A stretch of DNA of 64,000 nt. It comes from the human T2T-CHM13v2.0 reference genome, Homo sapiens. The notes beneath the pieces were generated by a model. It worked only from the letters and a program-made list of their open reading frames with translations, had not been told where the DNA came from and did no database searches. Shown one piece after another: positions 55,401 to 64,000 of this stretch; within the stretch, counting starts at the first letter, position 1, and each line of letters opens with the position of its first letter. The stretch is taken from NCBI GenBank assembly GCA_009914755.4, contig CP068257.2, forward strand, positions 5,984,001-6,048,000, given 5' to 3'. A program made the position numbers and the translations under genes.

Positions 55401-58400
55401 TGCCTACAGGGTGCTTTGTGACATAACCCTGCAATGATCACCCAGGTGATGTACCACTTGTCAAGGCTCTGCCTACAGGGACATTGCTATGTATCTCTGC
55501 ACTGATCACCTAGGTCATGTAACTCTTGTTTAGGCTCTGCCTACAGTGGCATTGTGACATATCTCTACAATGATCATCCAAGTGATGTAACCCTTGTCTA
55601 GGATCTGCCTAAAGGGACTTTGTGACATAACTCTGCACTGATCATCCAGGTGATGGGGCTTTTGTCTAGGCTCTGCCTAAGGGGGCATTGTGACATACTT
55701 CTGCACTGATCACCCAGGTGAGGGAATCTTCTCTTGGATCTGCCTATGGGGGCATTGTGACATAAATCTGCACTGATCACCCAGGGGATGTAACTGTTGT
55801 ATAAGCTCAGCCTACAGGGGAATTGTGAAAGATCTCGCCACTGATCACCCAAGTGATGTAACTATTGTCTAGGCTTTGCCTACAGGGGGTTTTGTGACAT
55901 ACCTTTGCACTGATCACCCAGGAGATGTAACTCATCTAAGTTCTACCTACAGGAGCTTTGTGACATATCTCTGCACTGATCACTTAGGTGATGTAACACT
56001 TTTATAAGCTCTGCCTACAGGGAATTTTGACAAATCCCTGCACGGATCACCTAGGTGATGTAAATCTTGTCTACCCTCTCGCCCAAAGGGGGTATTGTGA
56101 AATACCTCTGCACTGATCACCCAGGTGATTCAACTGTTATCTAGGATCTGCCTACAGGGGGTATTGTGAAATATATCTGCACTGATCAACTAGGTGATGT
56201 AACCCTTATCTATGTGATGCCTACAGGGGCCTTTTCACATATCCCTGACCTGATGACAAAGGTGATGTAACTCTTGCCTAGGCTTTGCCAACAGGGGACA
56301 TTGTGACATATCTCTGCACTGATCACCCAGGTGATGCAACTCTTCTCTATGCTCTGCCTACAGGGGGCATTGTGACATATCTCTGCACTGATCACCCAGG
56401 TGATGTAACTCTTTTCTAGTCTCTGCCTACAGAGGGCGTTGTGACATCACTCTGCACGGATCACCCGGGTTATGTAACCCTTGTCTAGGCTCTGCCCATG
56501 GGGGCATTGTGACTTACCTCTGCACTCATCACCCAGGAGATGTGACTCTTTTCTAAGCTGTGCCTGGAGGGACATTGGGACATATCTCTGCACTGACCGG
56601 TGAGGTGATGTAAAACTTGTCTAGGCTTTGCCTACAGTGGGATTTATGACATATCTCTGCACTGATCACCCAGGTGATGTAACTCTTGTCTTAGCTCTGC
56701 TTACACGGGGTATTGTGAGATATCTCTGCACTGATCACCCAGGTGATGTAACTCTTGTCTAGGCTCTGTCTACAGGGGCATTTTAACATATCACTGCACT
56801 GATCACCGAGATGATGTAACCCTTGTATAGGCTTCGCCGACAGGGGGCATTGAGACATATCTCTGCCCTGATCACCGAGGTGATGCGACTCTTGTCTGGG
56901 ATCTGCTTCCAGGGGGCATTGTGACATATCTCTGCCCTGATCAACCAGGTGATGTAACTCTTGTCTAGGCTCTGCCTACTGGAGACATTGTGACATATCT
57001 CCGCACTTATCACCCAGGTGATATCACTTTTCTCAAGGATATGGCTACACGGACATTGTGACATGTCACTGCACTGATCTCACAGCTGATGTAACTCTTA
57101 TCTAGACTCTGGCTACATGGGGTTTGTGACACATCTCTGCACTGATCACCCATGTGTTGTAACCCTTGTCTAGGCTCTGCCAAAAAGGGGCATTGTGACA
57201 TAACTCTGCACTGATCCCCCAGGTGATGGGACTCTTGTCTAGGCTCTGCCTACATGGGCATTGTGACATATCTCTGCAGTGATCACGCAGGTTATGTAAC
57301 TCTTGTTTATATCTGCCTACTGGCGGCATTGTGACATATTTCTGCACTGATCACCCAGGTGATGGACTCTTGTCTTGGATCTGCCTATGGGCCATAGTGA
57401 CATATCTCTGCACTGATCACTCATGTGGTATAACACTTATGTAAACTGCGCCTAAATGGGAATTGTGACAGATATCTCCAGTGATCACCCAGGTGATGTA
57501 ACAATTTTCTGGGATTTGTCTCCAGGGGGCTTTGTGACATATCTTTGCACTGATCACCCAGGAGATGTAATTCTTGTCTAGGCTCGGCCTACAGGGGCCT
57601 TGTGTCATATTTCTGCACTGATCATCCAGGTGATATAACTCTTGTTTAGGCTCTGCCTACAGGGGATTTTGTCATATTTCTGCACTGATCACCCACGTGA
57701 TGTAACTCTTTTTTAGGCTCTGCCTACAGGGGCTTTGTGATATATCTCTGCACTGATCACCCAGGTGATGTAACTCTTGTCTAGGCTCCACCTACAAGGG
57801 GTATTGTGACGTATCTCTGCACTGATCACTCAGGTGATGTAACTGTTGTCTAGGCTCCACCTACAGGGTTTATTGTGACGTCTCTATGCACTGATCACTC
57901 AGGTGATGTAACGTTTATCCAGGCTCTGCCTACTGGGGCGTTTTGACATAGCTCTGCACAGATCTCCTAGGTTATGTAACTCTTGTCCACTCTCTGCCTA
58001 CAGTGGGCATTGTGAAATATCTCTGCACTGATCACCCAGGTGATGGGACTCTTCTCTATACTCTGCCTAGAGGGGGATTTGTGACATATCTGTGCACTGA
58101 TCACACAGGTGATGGAAGTCTTGTCTAGGCTCTGTCTATGGGGACATTGTGTCAAATATCTGCTCTGATCACCCATGTGATGTAACTCTTGTCTAGGCTC
58201 TGTCTACAGGGATTTTTGTGACATGTCACTGTGCTGATCACCTAGGTGATGTAAGCCTTGTATGGGCGTTGCCTACAGAAGGCTTTGTGACATATCTCTT
58301 CACTGATCTCTGAGGTCATGCAACTCTTGTCTAGGCACTGCCTACAGAGGACATTGGTACATAAACTGCACTGATCACCCAGGTGAGGACTCTTGTCTTA

Positions 58401-59294
58401 GATCTGCCTACATGGACATTGTGACACATCTCTGAACTGATCAACCAAGTGATGAAACTCTTGTCTAGTTTCTGCCTACAGGGGCTTTGTGACACATCTC
58501 TGCACTGATCACCCTGGGGAGGGAACTTTTGTCTACGCTCTGCCTACAGGAGGCTTTATGACTTATGCCTGCACTGATAACCTAGGTGATGTAACACTTG
58601 TCTAGGCTCTGACTACATGGGAATTCTCACATATCTCTGCACTGATCACCCGGGTGATGTAACTCCTGTCTAGGTTCAGCCTACAGGAGCGTTTGGACAT
58701 ATCTCTGCACTGATCACCCAGGTGATGTAACCCTTGTCTAAGCTCTGCCTACAGGGTCATTGTGACAGATCTCTCCACTGCTCACCCAGGTGATGTAACA
58801 ATTGTCCAGGCTTGCCCTACAGGGGCCTTTGTGATATACATTTGCACTGATCAAACAGGTGATGTAACCCTTGTCAAGGTTCTGCTTACAGGGGCTTTGT
58901 GACATATCTCTGCACTGAACACCCCAGGGAGGAAACACTTGTCTACACTCTGCCTATAGGAGGCTTTATGACTTATCCCTTCACTGATCCCTAGGTGATG
59001 TAACACTTGTCTAGGCTCTGTCTACACGGGAATTTTCACATACCTCTACACTGATAACCTAAGTGATGTAACCCTTGTCTAGGTTCAGCCTACTGGGGAT
59101 TTCTGACATACCTATGCACTGATCCCCGAGGTGATGTAAATCATTTCCAGGCTTTTTGTACAGGGGACATTGTGATATATCTCTGCACTGATCACCCAAA
59201 TGATGCAAATCTTCTCTAGGCTCCACAGGAAGGGGGCATTGTGACATATTTCTGAACTGATCATCCAGGAGATGTAACTATTCTCCAGGCTTTG
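52426..59294. repeat. Beta-satellite array 3 (expanded to 6.9 kb; contains a recent ~136-bp tandem duplication at 54343-54478 / 54479-54612)
   Basis: Same monomer family, with start and end blocks matching arrays 1 and 2. The internal part is expanded. The two adjacent ~136-bp segments 'ctgatcactttggttatgtaacacttttgtaagcactgcctaaagggaattttcacaaatctctgcactgatcacctaggtgatgtaactcttgtctac..' are nearly identical. Confidence 0.9.
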
Positions 59295-60000
59295 ACTAAA
59301 GAGCATCGGAAGGTATTGGGAGAGCCTCAGCCGGAATTTCACGGACGGACGAGGGCACAGAGGCCAGCATGCTCCCTTGTACGTCAGCCACAGTGCACAA
59401 TGAGCGCAGGTCTAGCCAGGAGCCCGGCAAAGAGAGCTAGAGGTCTGCGTTCTGCCACCAGGCGCTCCATGGTGGCAGCTGGGAGGCTGCAGGGGCACCA
59501 GAGGGCCAGGGACCGTGGCGCGGAGGTGCAGAGGAGGCGAGCCGCCAGAGGGGTGTCAGGCCCGGACGCTGAGCCGGCCCAGTGTTTCGCGAGACGGGGG
59601 TCTCCACCCAGCCCAGGGGAGGACGCATTTTCCCGGGTTGGTGTGTGGGGATGGGGAGAGTGTGGTCCGGCCGGGTGGGATGGTGGAATGGCATGAGAGC
59701 TCTGCCTGGGCTGCTCCCACAGCCCAGGCGGCTGCCCGCAAACCCACGCATGTGCAGTAGGCAGCCCACCTGCTGGTACCTGGGCCGGCTTTTGATCCCC
59801 GGGATGCCGAGGAAAGAATGGCAGTTCTCCACTGGGTGGAGCGTCTCACCAGGCCTAGACCTAGAAGGCTGGAATCCCATGCCGGTCAGCTCGGTGGAGG
59901 GGTCGAGGGGAAGACGTGCCCCTCCATAGCCAGCCAGGTGTTCCCCGCGAAAGGGAGGCCACCGCCCTGCTCTGACCCGACCCCTTCCCAACCCAGTGAC

Positions 60001-61305
<1,305 letters not shown>

Positions 61306-61401
61306 TCAGAGAGAGTCCGGTAGGCTCCCGTGCACCTCAGCTGGACTGTGCACTGCGGCAAGTGCAGCCAGGAGACCAGCCGGGACAACAAGCCAGCAGT
61401 T

Positions 61402-61410
61402 CTTATAAAG
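61402..61410 (-). promoter_or_regulatory. TATA-like box 'TTTATAAG' upstream of the DUX4L ATG (copy 3)
   Basis: rc of 'cttataaag' in 'gttcttataaaggtctgcaggcaggcagg', about 140 bp upstream of the ATG at 61266. Confidence 0.45.
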
Positions 61411-62065
61411 GTCTGCAGGCAGGCAGGCTCCACCCCCTGATGAATGGCGGTGAGTCCTGGGACAGACCGCCCCACCCCGGAAGGGTCCCAGGGCGTCCAG
61501 GCCTGTGGCCGGGAGGTGGTGGGGTTGGGGGGAGGGCGTGGTGATGGTGTTGGTGGGGCCGGAGAGACGAAGAGGAAGGGGGCGAGGGGAAAGGGGTGAG
61601 GGGGGAGAGTTTCAGGGGCTGGCTCTCCGGACCACTCCAGGAATCCCGCGGGAACTGGAAGCCACTCTCTGGGCTCCCACATGTCTTCAGCAGGGAGAAA
61701 CCGGCCTGGGAGGGTGGAGGGGAGTGTGGAACTGAACCTCCGTGGGAGTCTTGAGTGTTCCAGGCCCTGTCTCCATGAAGTAGTCAGTGCCTGTGTGTGT
61801 CGCCTTTGCCGGGACAGTCTCACAGGCGCAGGCCTGTGACTCTCGTTCATTTCCACGTAGGAGACCAGAGCGAGACCCCAGAGAGAAGACGCCTCCCCGG
61901 CGTGATGGCCTGACGATGGATTCCCGTGCGTGGCATCATGGGGAGTCTGCAGTGTGGCCGGGTTGGAAACTGGCAAGGAGAGCGAAGTCACCATGTCGGT
62001 CTTCTATCCTTCCCTGCATGTTTCCGGGTGCCCGCAGAGCTCCGGGAGCAAACAGTCAGCATGAC

Positions 62066-64000
62066 ACATCTCTGAACTGATCAACAAAGTGATGTAACCC
62101 TTGTCTAGGCTCTGCTACAGGGGCTTTGTGATATATCTCTGCACTGATCACCCAGGTGATGGGACTTTTGTCTAGGCTCTGCCTATGGGGGCATTGTGAC
62201 ATATCTCTACACTGATCACCCAGGTGATGTAACTCTTGTGTTGGATCTGCCTATGGGGACATTGTGACATATTTCTGCACTGATCACCCAGGTGATGGGA
62301 CTCTTGTCTATGCTCTGTGTATGGGGGCTTTGTGACATATCTCTGCACTGATCACCCAGGTTATGTAACGCTTGACTAGGCTCTGCCTATGGGGCATAGT
62401 GACATATCACTGCATTGATCACGAAGGTGATGAAACTCTTGTCCAAGCTCTGCCTATAGGGGGCCTTGTGACATATCTCTGCACTGATCATCTAGGTGAT
62501 GTAACGCTTGCTTACGCTCTGCCTGCAGGGGCATTGTGAAATATCTCTGCACTGATCACCCAGGTGATGGGACTCTTCTCTAGGCTCTGCCTACTGGGGG
62601 CATAGTCACATATTTCTGCACTGATCACCCAGGTGACCGACTCTTGTCTTGGATTTGCCTATGGGGGCATTGTGAAATATCTCTGCACTGATAACCCAGG
62701 AGATGTAACCCTGGTCTAAGCTCTGCCTAAAGGGGCATTGTGAAAGATGTCTGCACTGATCACTCAGGTGATGTAAGTATTGTCTAGGTTCTGCTTAAAG
62801 GGGCCTTGTCACATATCTCTGCAGTGATCACCCAGGTGGTGAAACTCTTGTCTAGGCTCTGCTAACAGGGGCTATTGTGACATATCTCTGCACTGATCAC
62901 CTGAGTGATGTAACACTTGTGTAGGCTCTGCCTACAGGGGCATTTTGACATATCTCGGCACTGTTAACCAAGGTGATGTAACTCTTGTCTAGGCTGTGGC
63001 CACAGGGGGATTGAGACATATCTCTGCACTGATCCCTAGGTGATCCAACTCTTGCCTGGTCTATGCCTACTGCGGACATTGTGACATATCTCTGCACTGA
63101 TCTCCCAGGTGCTGTAACTTTAGTCTAGGCTCTGGCTACACGGCATTGTGACATATCACTGCACTGAGCACCCAGGTGATATAACTCTTTTCTAGGCTCT
63201 GCCTACAGGAGGCTTATGACATATCTCTGCACTGATCATCCAGGTGATATAACTCTTCTCTAGCATCTGCCTACAGGGTGCTTTGTCACATATCCCTGCA
63301 ATGATCACCCTGGGGATATACCAATTGTCCAGGCTCTGCCTACAGGGGCATTGCGATGTATCTCTGCACTGATCACCTAGGTCATGTAACTCTTGTTTAG
63401 GCTCTGCCTACAGTGGCATTGTGACATATCTCTGGACTGATCACCCAGGTGATGTAACTCTTTTCTAGGATCTGCCTACAGTTGGCTTTGTGACATATCC
63501 CTGCAATGATCACCCAGGTGATGTACCACTTGTCAAGGCTCTGCCTACAGGGACATTGCGATGTATCTCTGCACTGATCACCTAGGTCATGTAACCCTTG
63601 TCTAGGCTCTGCCTGCAGTGGCATTGTGACATATCTCTGCACTGATCATCCAAGTGATGTAACACTTGTCTAGGATCTGCCTAAAGTGACTTTGTGACAT
63701 AATGCTGTACTGATCATCCAGGTGATGGGGCTTTTGTCTAGGCTCTGCTTAAGGGGGCATTGTGACATATTTCTGCACTGATCACCCAGGTGATGCAACA
63801 CTTTTCTAGTCTCTGCCTACAGAGGGCTTTGTGACATTACTCTGCATGAACACCCAGGTGATGGGACATTTGTATACGCTCCGCCTATGGGGGCATTGTG
63901 ACATATCTCTACACGGATCACCCAGGTGATGTAACTCTTGTGTTGGATCTGCCTATGGGGGCATTGTGACATATTTCTGCACTGATCACCCAGGTGAAGG
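62066..64000. repeat. Beta-satellite array 4 (start of the next composite unit; runs off the window)
   Basis: Begins 'acacatctctgaactgatcaacaaagtgatgtaacccttgtctagg', identical in layout to the starts of arrays 2 and 3. Confidence 0.9.

Overview
This window is human (or great-ape) constitutive heterochromatin, not a prokaryotic locus. The assignment rests on primate-specific Alu fragments, classical satellite III, beta-satellite and DUX4 homology. There are three zones, all in one consistent orientation.

1. Positions 1-30250: about 30 kb of classical satellite III (HSat3, the (GGAAT)n family), written here as (ATTCC)/(CATTC)n on the + strand with frequent 'CATTCGAGTCC' variants.

2. Positions 30251-39837: a second, diverged HSat3 subtype rich in 'CCACTCC/CCATTCC'. 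Twenty-eight short (~60 bp) antisense Alu 3'-end fragments have been co-amplified with it. They fall into five recurring sequence classes in a roughly 1.5-kb higher-order order.

3. Positions 39837-64000: a tandem composite array. Each unit is a 68-69-bp beta-satellite (Sau3A/BSR) higher-order block followed by a 2.77-kb GC-rich D4Z4-like core. Three complete cores are present (43695-46460, 49650-52425, 59295-62065), all on the minus strand.

Each core carries a full-length DUX4-like double-homeobox ORF of about 1.27 kb. All three copies are pseudogenised. Copies 1 and 2 keep the reading frame end to end but carry 7 and at least 4 in-frame nonsense codons. Copy 3 has an early nonsense codon plus frameshifts. 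This organisation (HSat3, then beta-satellite, then D4Z4-like/DUX4L) is what established knowledge places on acrocentric short arms, 1q12 and Yq-type heterochromatin. The exact chromosome and DUX4L paralog number cannot be determined from sequence alone.

Almost every ORF in the supplied six-frame track is a translation artefact. Low-complexity pentamer repeats give the 'IPFHS.../MEWNG...' peptides, and stop-codon-poor GC-rich DNA gives the long antisense ORFs in the cores. The only ORFs with real homology are the minus-strand fragments matching DUX4.

I found no tRNA, rRNA or CRISPR array, and nothing resembling a prokaryotic defence or metabolic system.
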